Of a DNA stretch of 63,957 bases, positions 8,426-18,384 are shown one piece after another. Under the pieces are notes generated by a model that worked only from the letters and a program-made list of their open reading frames with translations, made no database searches and had not been told where the DNA came from. The translations under genes and the position numbers were made by a program. The DNA lies in assembly GCA_009692705.1 (NCBI GenBank), contig SHYR01000004.1:1-63957 (forward strand), written 5' to 3'. The stretch is from Dehalococcoidia bacterium (GTDB lineage: Bacteria; Chloroflexota; Dehalococcoidia; UBA2979). Position 1 is the stretch's first letter. Each line of letters starts with the position of its first letter.

Positions 8426-9586
8426 CTAGTCCGCCTCGGGCTGCCCGCCTGCCGCACCGGGGGCGCCCGCCTCGCCGCCGTCAGCGCGACGCCGGCGGCG
8501 GCCGCCACGGCGCCCGCGGCGTCGCCGGCGCTTGCCGTCCGCGCTCTCCTCGGAGCCGGCGCCTTCTTCGCCGCCGGCTCCGTCGCCGTCCCCCTCGCCG
8601 CCTGCATTCCCCACGACTTCCCCCGTGATCGCGGCGGGGGCCGCCGGCGGCTGCACGCGCGCGGCCGCGGGCGTGTCCACGGGCGAGAGCACGGCCACCG
8701 TCGCCTGCTGGCGCTGCCGCTCGCGGCGCCGCAGTGGCTCCTCGATCGTCTGCTCGAGTTCCTCGGGGCGCACGGCGGCGCCGTACTGCGCGCGCAACTC
8801 GTTCGCGCCGATCTCGACCATCTCGCCGCTGTCCATGCGCAGCCGCACCATCTGCGAGAGCGCGTTGATACTCACCACGCGGGCGCTGCCGACGGGCGTG
8901 GTGATGCGCTTGCCGACCTTCGGCAGATCACCGCGCAGCTCGCGGTACGCCTCCACCTCGAAGGAGAGGCAGCACAGCAGGCGGCCGCAGACGCCCGAGA
9001 TCTTGGTGGGGTTGGGCGAAAGCCCCTGGTCCTTCGCCATCTTGATCGAGATCGACGGGAACGATGTCATCCAGCTTGAGCAGCAGAGCGCGCGCCCGCA
9101 GACATCGACGCCGCCCAGCGCCTTCGCGCGGTCGCGGTCGCCGACCTGCTCGACGTGTACGTCGGCGCCCAGCAGTTCCGACGCCTGCCGCCGCAGCCAC
9201 TCGTGCTCCACGCGGTCGCTGGCCGCGAAGGTCAGGCGGCAGCGCTCCCCCGCCAGGTCGTACTCCACGCTCGCGACGCGCACGCGGGGGTCGGCGCGCG
9301 CCGCGAGAGCCTGCGCGCGGCCGATATCCTCCTGCGCGCGCCGCCGGTTCGCGCGCCACGCCTCCACGTCCGCCTCCGTCGCGAGCCGCTCCACCACGCG
9401 CAGCGGCCCGCGCTGCTCGGAGGCCAGCACCTGGTCGGCGGCGATCACCACCCAGCCCAGCCGCTCGCCCCCGTCCGTGCGCACTACGACGTAGTCCCCC
9501 ACCCCGAGCCGCAACTCGCCGCCGCGGCAGTACGACACGGGGCCGGCCTCGATGAAGCGGACACCGATGATGTCGAGCTCGTTCAT
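8426..9586 (-). CDS. ricT: RicT/YaaT (PSP1 domain) regulatory iron-sulfur protein with an Arg/Gly-rich tail
   Basis: Contains CGRALCCSSWMTSFPSISIKMAKDQGLSPNPTKISGVCGRLLCCLSFE, the PSP1/YaaT signature. It lies downstream of holB, as in Bacillus. Confidence 0.8.
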   Translation of the reverse strand: MNELDIIGVRFIEAGPVSYCRGGELRLGVGDYVVVRTDGGERLGWVVIAADQVLASEQRGPLRVVERLATEADVEAWRANRRRAQEDIGRAQALAARADPRVRVASVEYDLAGERCRLTFAASDRVEHEWLRRQASELLGADVHVEQVGDRDRAKALGGVDVCGRALCCSSWMTSFPSISIKMAKDQGLSPNPTKISGVCGRLLCCLSFEVEAYRELRGDLPKVGKRITTPVGSARVVSINALSQMVRLRMDSGEMVEIGANELRAQYGAAVRPEELEQTIEEPLRRRERQRQQATVAVLSPVDTPAAARVQPPAAPAAITGEVVGNAGGEGDGDGAGGEEGAGSEESADGKRRRRRGRRGGRRRRRADGGEAGAPGAAGGQPEAD

Positions 9587-9603
9587 GCACGCCGCCGGCG
9601 CGC

Positions 9604-10782
9604 TCAGCCCTGCACGGGCGCGAGCGCCGCCTGACGACCCTCCTCTCCACTGGTCCCGTTGACCCTGGTCCCGTTGGCACTGCTGCCGTTGGCACTGCTG
9701 CCGTTGGCACCGCCGCGGCCCGCCAGCAGCGGCAGGTCAAGCAGCATGATCTCGAGCGCGAGCTGCGCGTTCACATTCGCCCGCAGGTGCTCGCGCGCCC
9801 GCTGCGTCGCGCCCAGCGCGCGCACCGCCTCCGCCGCCGTGCACGGCTCCGGCGCCAGCCCCGGGTCCCCGCCCGTGGCGGACATGCCGCCCGCGGGCAG
9901 GTCTCGAGCCACCGCCTGCTGCAACGCCTCCCGCCACCACTCGCGCCAGACGTCCAGCGTGGTCAGCACGCTCTCGCGCTCGCGGTACCACGCGCGCGAT
10001 AGCTTGTCGGCGTAGTCGAACCGCTCGTTGCGCCCCGCGCGCGCCAGCCGCCGCGCGTCGGCGACCGCGCTCTCGCGCAGCACGTCGAGCGAGGCGTCGC
10101 CGTGCATGCGCAAGGCGAGTCCGAAGCACCCGCGCGCGCGCCGCGCCAGCGCCGCCGCCTGCACCGCGTGGAGGCCCGGGCGCTCGCGCAGCGCGGCCGC
10201 CAGCTCCTGCACCGGTAGCGGGCGCAGCGTGAGCCGCTGGCAGCGCGAGCGCACGGTGGGCAGCAGTGCCTCCACGTCGCTCGCCAGCAGGATCAGCAGC
10301 ACGGTCGACGGCGGCTCCTCGAGCGTCTTCAGCAGCGCGTGCGCCGCCTCGGGCTGCAGATCGTCCGCGCTGTCGACGATGAAGACGCGGCGCGCCGAGG
10401 CGAACGGCGCGATGCTCGCCACGCGCTCCAGCCGCCGCACCTGGCAGATGCGGATGCGCGTGGAGCCGTCCGCGCCGTGGTCCTTGTGCGCGCTCTCGTC
10501 GCAGACCCCGCCGATCGCGATGCGCTCGACGTCGGGCGCCGCACCAGCCTCTACCTGGCGACACCGCCGGCAGGCGAGGCAGGGCGCGTCCGGCGACTGG
10601 CAGCTCAGCGCCTGCGCGAGCCGCAGTGCGATCGTCGTCTTGCCGACGCCGGGCGGCCCGCCGAAGAGGTAGGCGTGCGAGAGCTGGCCGGACGCGATCG
10701 CGTGGCGCAGCGCGCGCACGGCGTGCGTCTGCCCCACCATGCCCCACGTCTCGGCGCCCTGGGCGCTCGTCGCGTCCGCCAT
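9604..10782 (-). CDS. holB: DNA polymerase III delta-prime subunit
   Basis: Contains GQTHAVRALRHAIASGQLSHAYLFGGPPGVGKTT and the zinc module CQSPDAPCLACRRCRQ. An ATGA overlap links it to the lysA stop. Confidence 0.8.
   Translation of the reverse strand: MADATSAQGAETWGMVGQTHAVRALRHAIASGQLSHAYLFGGPPGVGKTTIALRLAQALSCQSPDAPCLACRRCRQVEAGAAPDVERIAIGGVCDESAHKDHGADGSTRIRICQVRRLERVASIAPFASARRVFIVDSADDLQPEAAHALLKTLEEPPSTVLLILLASDVEALLPTVRSRCQRLTLRPLPVQELAAALRERPGLHAVQAAALARRARGCFGLALRMHGDASLDVLRESAVADARRLARAGRNERFDYADKLSRAWYRERESVLTTLDVWREWWREALQQAVARDLPAGGMSATGGDPGLAPEPCTAAEAVRALGATQRAREHLRANVNAQLALEIMLLDLPLLAGRGGANGSSANGSSANGTRVNGTSGEEGRQAALAPVQG
9652..9715. repeat. 15-bp tandem repeat (about 4 copies) inside the holB 3' end
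   Basis: The unit ccgttggcactgctg is repeated with minor variants. It encodes (on the minus strand) GGANGSSANGSSANGTRVNG. Confidence 0.8.
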
Positions 10783-12119
10783 CAGTCCACGTCCAGCGAC
10801 ATCAGGTCGGCCGGGCGCTCGCGGCGGCGGATCAGGCGCGCCGCGCCGTTCTCCACCAGCACCACCGCGGGCTTGTACGCCAGGTTGTAGTTGGACGCCA
10901 TGGCGAGCTGGTAGGCGCCCGCGGCCGGGATCGCCAGCACCTCGCCGGCGCGCAGCCGCGGCAGGCGCGCGTCACGCACCAGCAGGTCACCAGACTCGCA
11001 GTACTTGCCGGCGATCGTCACGGTCTCCTCGGCCGCCGCCAGCGGGCGCTCCGCCGAGAGCGCCTCGTAGCGCGCGCCGTACATCGCGGGGCGGATGTTG
11101 TCCGCCATGCCGCCGTCGACCGCGACATAGGTGCGCACGCCGGCCACCTCCTTGCGCGCGCCCACGGTGTAGAGCGCCACGCCCGCGCGCCCGACGATCG
11201 AGCGCCCCGGCTCGACGCTGAGGTGCGGCAGCGGGAAGCCGAGGCGCTCCGCCTCGCGCCGCAACGTGCCGCAGATCACGCGCGCGTACTCCGCCGGCGA
11301 TGGCGGCTGTTGCGCCTCGAGGTAGGCGACGGCGAAGCCGCCGCCGGGCGAGCACTCCGCGACGGCGACGCCCAGGCGGTCGCGGCACACCTCCGCGATG
11401 AAGCGCGCCAGCGCCTCGATGCCCAGCGCGTACGGCTCCAGCTCGAAGATCGGGCTGCCGAGGTGCATGTGCAGCCCGCGGAACTCCAGCGCGGGCGCGT
11501 CGAGGATGGCGCGCAGCGCGGCTTCCGCCGCGCCGGTGGCGATCGGCACGCCAAACTTGGTGTCAAGGATGCCGGTGGTGGTCTTCTCGTGCGTGTGCGC
11601 GTCCACCCCGGGGGAGACGCGCAGCAGCACGCGCTGGCGCTTGCCGGCGGCGCTCGCCGCCGCGTGCAGCAGCGCGACCTCGCCGAGGTTGTCGATCACC
11701 ACCCGCCCCACCCCGGCCTCCACCGCCAGCGCCAACTCCTCGGCGCTCTTGTTGTTGCCGTGGAAGTAGACCTGCTCCAGCGGCACGCCGGCTGCACGCA
11801 GCACCTCGATCTCGCCGCCGGAGACGACGTCGAAGCCCAGCCCCTGCTCGTGGATGAAGCGCGCGAAGGGGCGGTTGAGAAACGCTTTCGAGGCGTACAG
11901 CACCGTGCTGTCGGAGTACTCGGCGGCGAATGCCTGCCGGTAGGCCGCGCACTGCTCGCGCAGGCCGCGCCGGTCGTAGACGTAGAGCGGGGTGCCGAAC
12001 TCGCGCGCCAGCGCCAGCGCGTCGCAGCCGCCGAGCGCGAGGTGCCCTTCGCGCGTGAGCGCGGCGCCGGGCGGAAGCAGATGCGACAGCGGCAGCGTGG
12101 CCGCCGGGGGATGCGTCAC
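10782..12119 (-). CDS. lysA: Diaminopimelate decarboxylase
   Basis: Fold-type III PLP enzyme motifs: VLYASKAF, VVSGGEIE, HMHLGS, EPGRSIVG, CESGD. The GTG start at 12119 was chosen to exclude the Arg-rich upstream extension of ORF 10782..12422. Confidence 0.85.
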   Translation of the reverse strand: MTHPPAATLPLSHLLPPGAALTREGHLALGGCDALALAREFGTPLYVYDRRGLREQCAAYRQAFAAEYSDSTVLYASKAFLNRPFARFIHEQGLGFDVVSGGEIEVLRAAGVPLEQVYFHGNNKSAEELALAVEAGVGRVVIDNLGEVALLHAAASAAGKRQRVLLRVSPGVDAHTHEKTTTGILDTKFGVPIATGAAEAALRAILDAPALEFRGLHMHLGSPIFELEPYALGIEALARFIAEVCRDRLGVAVAECSPGGGFAVAYLEAQQPPSPAEYARVICGTLRREAERLGFPLPHLSVEPGRSIVGRAGVALYTVGARKEVAGVRTYVAVDGGMADNIRPAMYGARYEALSAERPLAAAEETVTIAGKYCESGDLLVRDARLPRLRAGEVLAIPAAGAYQLAMASNYNLAYKPAVVLVENGAARLIRRRERPADLMSLDVD

Positions 12120-12266
12120 CGGTTCGACCCCGCGTGTGCGGGAGTGCAGGGACGGAATCGCTCGGCGCGCGCCGGCACTCTCCGCAGCGCGGCGCCGTCG
12201 TGGACGATTATGGCACGGCCGCGAGCGTGGCGGCCAGCGCGCGCGATTCGCGCGCGCTGGCCGCGC

Positions 12267-12295
12267 TTGTGCGCCCCCGAAGCGCTGCCTAGCCT
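12267..12295 (+). promoter_or_regulatory. Candidate promoter (TTGTGC-N17-TAGCCT) 8 nt upstream of the mutY-like ATG (leaderless candidate)
   Basis: -35 box at 12267-72, -10 box at 12290-95, ATG at 12304, and no SD in between. Confidence 0.35.
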
Positions 12296-12303
12296 GCGCC
12301 TCG

Positions 12304-13245
12304 ATGCCCGCGACCACCGCCGCAGCCGCGTTCCCCTCGCTCACCCCGCAGCGGCTGGGGCGCATCCGCGCGCGGCTGCTGGCGTGGCACGGCGAGCACG
12401 GCGACGACTTCCCGTGGCGCACCAGCCGTGACCCCTACGCCGCGCTGGTGGCGGGGGTGTGCTCACAGCAGACGCAGATGGCACGCGTGCTGCCGCTCTG
12501 GCGGCGCTGGATGGCGGCCTTCCCCACGCTCGCGGCGGCGGCGGGCGCGAGCCGCGCGCGGGCGCTGCGCGTGTGGGGCCGCGCCGGTTACCCCCGGCGC
12601 GCGCTGGCGCTGCGCGAGGCGGTGCGGCTCTGCCTGCGCGCGCACGGCAGCGCGCTGCCGCGCGAGCAGGCGGCGCTGCTGGCGCTCCCGGGCGTGGGGC
12701 CGTTCACCGCCGCGGTCGTGTTCAGCTTCGGCTTCGGCGACGACGCGCCCGCCGTGGACACAAACGCGGTGCGCGTGATCGGGCGGTTGCTGCTCGGCGA
12801 TCTCCAGCCCGCGCGCGAGAGCGCCCCGCGGACACTCGCGGCCGCGGCGGCGCGGCTGCTGCCTCCCGGCGCCGGCCCGCGCTGGAACGCGGCGCTGATG
12901 GAGTACGGCGCGCGCGTCTGCACGCCACGTCCGCGCTGCGGCGGCTGCGTGGTGGCGACGCTGTGCGTCGCGCGGCCGCGCTTTGAGCGCGGCGAGTGCG
13001 CTCAACCGCTGCGCGCACAGCCCCGCTTCGAGGGCTCCGACCGCCAGTGGCGCGGCCGCATCCTCGGCCTGCTGCGCGAGCGCCGCGAGCCGCTGCGCAT
13101 GGCCGCGTTGCTGAACGCGCTCGCGGAGGACATGGAGCAGCGGGCGCGCGTGCGGCGGCTGCTGGAGGCGCTCTGCGCCGATGGGCTGGCGTGGGCGCGC
13201 CGCGGCCGCTGCGGGCTCGGCGAGCCGCCGCGAGGCGTGCGCTGA
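12304..13245 (+). CDS. HhH-GPD / Fe-S DNA glycosylase (MutY/Nth family) with a non-NUDIX C-terminal domain
   Basis: Contains DPYAALVAGVCSQQTQMARV and LPGVGPFTAAVV (HhH), plus the Fe-S cluster loop CTPRPRCGGCVVATLC. The C-terminal 80 aa look winged-helix-like, not MutT-like. Confidence 0.7.
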   Translation: MPATTAAAAFPSLTPQRLGRIRARLLAWHGEHGDDFPWRTSRDPYAALVAGVCSQQTQMARVLPLWRRWMAAFPTLAAAAGASRARALRVWGRAGYPRRALALREAVRLCLRAHGSALPREQAALLALPGVGPFTAAVVFSFGFGDDAPAVDTNAVRVIGRLLLGDLQPARESAPRTLAAAAARLLPPGAGPRWNAALMEYGARVCTPRPRCGGCVVATLCVARPRFERGECAQPLRAQPRFEGSDRQWRGRILGLLRERREPLRMAALLNALAEDMEQRARVRRLLEALCADGLAWARRGRCGLGEPPRGVR

Positions 13246-13341
13246 GGGCCGCCGCCCCGGGGGCCCGAAGCTGTGCATATCTAGAGCGCGCTGGTTCGAA
13301 GCTGGCGTGAAGCTGGACTGCGCGCGCCGCCCGACGCCGGT

Positions 13342-13371
13342 TTGCTCCTCGCGGCGGCGCTCCCATAGGAT
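13342..13371 (+). promoter_or_regulatory. Candidate promoter (TTGCTC-N18-TAGGAT) 8 nt upstream of the M16 peptidase GTG (leaderless candidate)
   Basis: -35 box at 13342-47, -10 box at 13366-71, GTG at 13380. Confidence 0.4.
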
Positions 13372-13379
13372 CGGCGCTC

Positions 13380-14648
13380 GTGAACCCGCTGCTGACCCTC
13401 GACAACGGACTGCGCCTGGTGGTGACGCCGGTGCCGCATGCGCGCTCGGTGGCGATCGCGCTCTACGTCGGCGCGGGCGCGCGCTACGAGCAGCCGCAGG
13501 ACGCCGGCATCTCGCACTTCGTCGAGCACCTCTGCTTTAAGGGCACCGAGCGACGGCCGCGCGCGCAGGACATCTCGGCGGAGATCGACGAGCTGGGCGG
13601 CAGCATCAACGCCGCCACCGACCGCGATCTGACCGTCTACTACGCGAAGGTGACGCCGAACCACGCCGCCGACGCGCTCGACGTGCTCGCCGACATGCTG
13701 CGGCACTCGCTCTTCCGCGACCACGAGATCGAGCTGGAGCGCGACGTAATCCTGGAGGAACTGGCCGCCGTCGAGGACTCACCCAGCGAGCAGTCCAACC
13801 TGCTGCTGGACACACTGCTGTGGCCTGGTCAGCCGCAGGGCCGCGACATCGCCGGGAGCGTGCAGACGGTGTCAGCGATCTCGCCCGACCGTCTGCGCGA
13901 GTACTACCGCCACCAGTACGTCGCGAACGCCACCGTGGTGGCCGTGGCGGGTGCGATCGACGAACTGGCCGCGATGCGGCTGGTGCAGGCGACGCTCGGC
14001 GACTGGCAGCCCGGCGAGCCCACGCCGTGGCTCGCCGTTACCGACCTGCCGCTGGGGGAGCGCGTGCAGGCGATCGGGAAGGAGACCGAGCAGGCGCACC
14101 TCAGCGTCGGCATGCGCGGCCTCGCGATCGACCACGAGGACCGCTACGCGCTGGACATGCTCTCGACGGTGCTTGGCGAGGGCATGTCGTCGCGGCTCTT
14201 CACGCGCCTGCGCGAGGAGCTGGGGCTGTGCTACGACATCCACAGCTACCCCACCTATCTGCGCGACGCCGGGGCGTTCGGCATCTACGCCGGAGTGGAC
14301 CCCGCGCACGCGCGCGAGGCGGTGTGCGAGATCGCGAAGGAGCTGGAGCGGCTGCAGCACCCGGTGGAGGCGCGGGAGCTGGAGCGCGCGCAGCGGCTGG
14401 TGCGCGCGCGGCTCGTGTTGCGCATGGAGGACACGGGGTCCGTCGCCTCGTGGTACGGCTCGCGTGCGATGCTCGGTATCCCGCTGCTCACGCCGGAGGA
14501 CACGATCGCGCGCACCGACGCGGTCACCGCCGCCGACATCCAGCGCGTGGCGCGGCGGCTGATCTCCGACCGCCAGCTGCACTACGCGGTGGTCGGCCCG
14601 CTCCAGCCCGGGCCGCTGTTCGCCGGCGTCAGCGTCGAGGGCCGGTGA
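13380..14648 (+). CDS. M16-family zinc metallopeptidase (insulinase/pitrilysin-like)
   Basis: Inverted zinc motif HFVEH in GISHFVEHLCFKGT, followed by EIDELGGSINAAT. 422 aa, with two M16 halves. Confidence 0.8.
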   Translation: MNPLLTLDNGLRLVVTPVPHARSVAIALYVGAGARYEQPQDAGISHFVEHLCFKGTERRPRAQDISAEIDELGGSINAATDRDLTVYYAKVTPNHAADALDVLADMLRHSLFRDHEIELERDVILEELAAVEDSPSEQSNLLLDTLLWPGQPQGRDIAGSVQTVSAISPDRLREYYRHQYVANATVVAVAGAIDELAAMRLVQATLGDWQPGEPTPWLAVTDLPLGERVQAIGKETEQAHLSVGMRGLAIDHEDRYALDMLSTVLGEGMSSRLFTRLREELGLCYDIHSYPTYLRDAGAFGIYAGVDPAHAREAVCEIAKELERLQHPVEARELERAQRLVRARLVLRMEDTGSVASWYGSRAMLGIPLLTPEDTIARTDAVTAADIQRVARRLISDRQLHYAVVGPLQPGPLFAGVSVEGR

Positions 14649-15103
14649 CGGCCGCGCCGGCCGCGACGGCGCCGTCGGCAGCCGAGCCGGAGCGCCTGCT
14701 GATCGCCGTGCGGCTCGAGGCCGCAGGCGGGCATGACGCGCGCTACCTGCTGTTGCGCTGGCCGGACTGGCCGCATCCGACGCTGCTCTCGTGCGCCGCG
14801 CCGCCGGCCGGCGAGCCGCTTGCGTTGGCCGTGCGGGCGCTGCTGGACGCGCGCCTGCGGCTGCGACTGGACGGCGAGCCGCGGGCCGCGGCGCGGCGGC
14901 TGCCGGTGCGCATGGCGCGGCCGCGCGAGGGGGCACAAGGGGTCGGCTGGCTGCGTCCGGTAGCGGCGCGCGCTGTGGGCGAGCCGGAGCCGGACGGGCT
15001 GCTGGCGGGCGTGGAAGCGCTGCCGCTGGAGCAGGCGCTGGCAGCCCTGCCGACCGCGCTCGAGCGGCAGGCGCTGCGCGAGGCGGCCGCGCTGTTCGAC
15101 TGA
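14645..15103 (+). CDS. Hypothetical protein (GTGA-coupled to the M16 peptidase gene)
   Basis: GTG at 14645 overlaps the upstream TGA. The 152-aa Ala/Leu/Arg-rich product has no motif I recognise. Confidence 0.4.
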   Translation: MTAAPAATAPSAAEPERLLIAVRLEAAGGHDARYLLLRWPDWPHPTLLSCAAPPAGEPLALAVRALLDARLRLRLDGEPRAAARRLPVRMARPREGAQGVGWLRPVAARAVGEPEPDGLLAGVEALPLEQALAALPTALERQALREAAALFD

Positions 15104-15139
15104 GCGACGAAGCCGGTCGCGTGGGGCCGGCGTGCGGCC

Positions 15140-15955
15140 TCAGCCGACAGCGTTCTGCGGCGGCGCCGACTTGATGACACCGAACGACGCACCTTGCGGA
15201 TCCGTGAGCCACGAGATGCGTCCGATGCCCGGAACGTCGAACGGTTCAGCGATGACCGATCCGCCCAATGTCTTCGCGCGCGAGACGACGGCATCCGCGT
15301 CGTTGACCTCGAAATAGACACCACAGAAGTTTGGGACGCCGGCCATGTCCGGGGTCTTCTTCATGACGCCCGCCATCTGTGTCTGTGCTGGCCTGGCCAG
15401 CGTGTACGTGCCGTCGCCGGTTCCGAGCATCGGCATCTCCTCAGCCGGCACGCCCAGTACAGTGGACAGGAATCTGATGGCGGGCGGCGGGTCGTCCGTG
15501 AGCAACTCGGCCCAGGTCACGGCGCCGTGCTCGCGCACGCGCTGGAAGCCCTGGTGCCGCTTTGCCTCCCAGAGGCCGACGACGGCTCCCGTGGGGTCGG
15601 AGATCATCGCCATGCGGCCCGCATCCATCACATCCATCGGAGGCATGACGTCCCGGCCGCCGGCGGCCGGGACCTTGCGTGACACGGCGTCGACATCGTT
15701 GACGGCGATGTAGACATTCCAGTGCGGCGGGACGGCCATCTGCGCTTCCTGCGGCCGCTGCCGGCTGATCGCGGCAACGTTGTCGCCCTCGATCTACTGC
15801 ATGTCGTAGGTACCACCGCCGGCTTCGAGTGGGAGTGGCTGCGCGTCGTCGCTCCAGTCGAAGAGATCCCCGTAGAAGGCGAGAGCACCGTCCTCGTTGT
15901 TCGTTGCGAGTTCGGCCCACGACGGGACGCCCTGCCGGATGCCGGATACTTTCAT
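15140..15955 (-). pseudogene. Two-domain VOC/glyoxalase-family protein interrupted by one in-frame TAG (15794-15796)
   Basis: ORFs 15794..16027 and 15140..15739 share a frame. The read-through gives ...GGGTYDMQ*IEGDNVAAISRQRPQEAQMAVPPHWNVYIAVNDVDA..., which is colinear with ~260-aa actinobacterial-type VOC proteins. ATG at 15955. Confidence 0.65.
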
Positions 15956-16037
15956 CGCCTGCTCATCGGATACGTGGGACGCTGCCGGACGCCGGAATGC
16001 AGGCAGCATGGTACCGCCGAGCAGCAACCGTCGTCCG

Positions 16038-17705
<1,668 letters not shown>

Positions 17706-17800
17706 CTACGTGCTACCTGCTGGGTGCGGAAAGGTCCTGTACGGTACTGCCCTGCGGGCCGTTGCATGGCCGCTGCCCTGCTGCGGCCCCGCCGGCGCGC

Positions 17801-17839
17801 GCGGCGCTAGCGCCGCAGCCGCGGCGGCGCTAGCGCCGC
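17801..17839. repeat. Direct duplication of the 16-mer GCGGCGCTAGCGCCGC (each holds the 12-bp palindrome GGCGCTAGCGCC), period 23 bp
   Basis: Copies lie at 17801-17816 and 17824-17839. The second copy contains the groES stop codon (17830-17832). Confidence 0.8.
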
Positions 17840-18171
17840 GCGGCGGCGCGGCGGCGCGGCTTGCGGCTGCTGGTGGAGTCCACGAGCTTCGCGAGCACCT
17901 CGCCGAAGCGCACGATCAGGTAGTCCTCCTTGTCCACGGAGACCTCCTGACCGGTGTACTTCTGGTAGAGCACGCGGTCGCCGGGCGAGAGGTCGACCGT
18001 CTCCACGACGCCCGCCTCGTTCATCTTGCCGGGGCCCACGGCCAGCACCTCGCCGTGCTGCGGCTTCTCCTTCGCCGAGTCCGGGATCACGAGCCCGGAG
18101 GCCGTGATCTCTTCCTGCTCGACCGCCTTCAGCACGATGTGATCCGTGAGCGGGACAACCTTCGTCGCCAA
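17830..18171 (-). CDS. groES: Co-chaperonin GroES (Cpn10) with a 17-aa basic C-terminal extension
   Basis: TTG at 18171 follows GGAGG plus 6 nt. The product is LATKVVPLTDHIVLKAVEQEEITASGLVIPDSAKEKPQHGEVLAVGPG...DYLIVRFGEVLAKLV, followed by DSTSSRKPRRRAAARR. Confidence 0.85.
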   Translation of the reverse strand: MATKVVPLTDHIVLKAVEQEEITASGLVIPDSAKEKPQHGEVLAVGPGKMNEAGVVETVDLSPGDRVLYQKYTGQEVSVDKEDYLIVRFGEVLAKLVDSTSSRKPRRRAAARR

Positions 18172-18275
18172 CGCCTGCCTCCTTCTGGCCTGCTCGCGCG
18201 AGAGCCGCCTCCCGCGTCGTTCGAAGCTCCACGTCTCGTTGTGACGCCCGGCGTTTGCCGCGGCGCCTGAGGATA

Positions 18276-18302
18276 TTAGCACTCTGGCACCGAGAGTGCC
18301 AG
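18276..18302. promoter_or_regulatory. CIRCE operator (HrcA site) overlapping the groES promoter
   Basis: TTAGCACTC-N9-GAGTGCCAG against the consensus TTAGCACTC-N9-GAGTGCTAA. On the minus strand a TAATAT -10 box (18273-18278) abuts the element. It lies about 100 nt upstream of groES. Confidence 0.8.
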
Positions 18303-18357
18303 CGCCCGCCGCCGCCTGCTGCGCCCGCGATGCGCGGAGAGGCGGCCGCAGCGCGAC

Positions 18358-18373
18358 TACACGGTTTCGTGTA
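18358..18373. promoter_or_regulatory. Palindrome TACACG-GTTT-CGTGTA immediately upstream of the XRE gene (candidate operator)
   Basis: 6-bp perfect inverted arms lie 12 nt upstream of the ATG at 18385. Confidence 0.3.
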
Positions 18374-18384
18374 AGCATGCCCGC

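Noticed and set aside
13293-13300. A T-loop-like GGTTCGAA (others occur at 12121 and 38029) that could signal a tRNA gene.
   Set aside because: The flanking bases cannot form a T-stem, and no acceptor or anticodon arms are evident. Two of the three sites lie inside coding or leader sequence. I found no tRNA gene in the window.
4439-15796. The idea that the two in-frame TAG codons (and the TGA at 56129) reflect stop-codon reassignment, pyrrolysine or selenocysteine.
   Set aside because: TAG clearly terminates rpmH, the yidD fusion, jag, fabF and other genes in this window. No pyl genes, sel genes or tRNA are present, and I saw no SECIS-like hairpin after the TGA. Nonsense mutation or consensus error is the simpler explanation. 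The observation is kept as a finding, but not as recoding.
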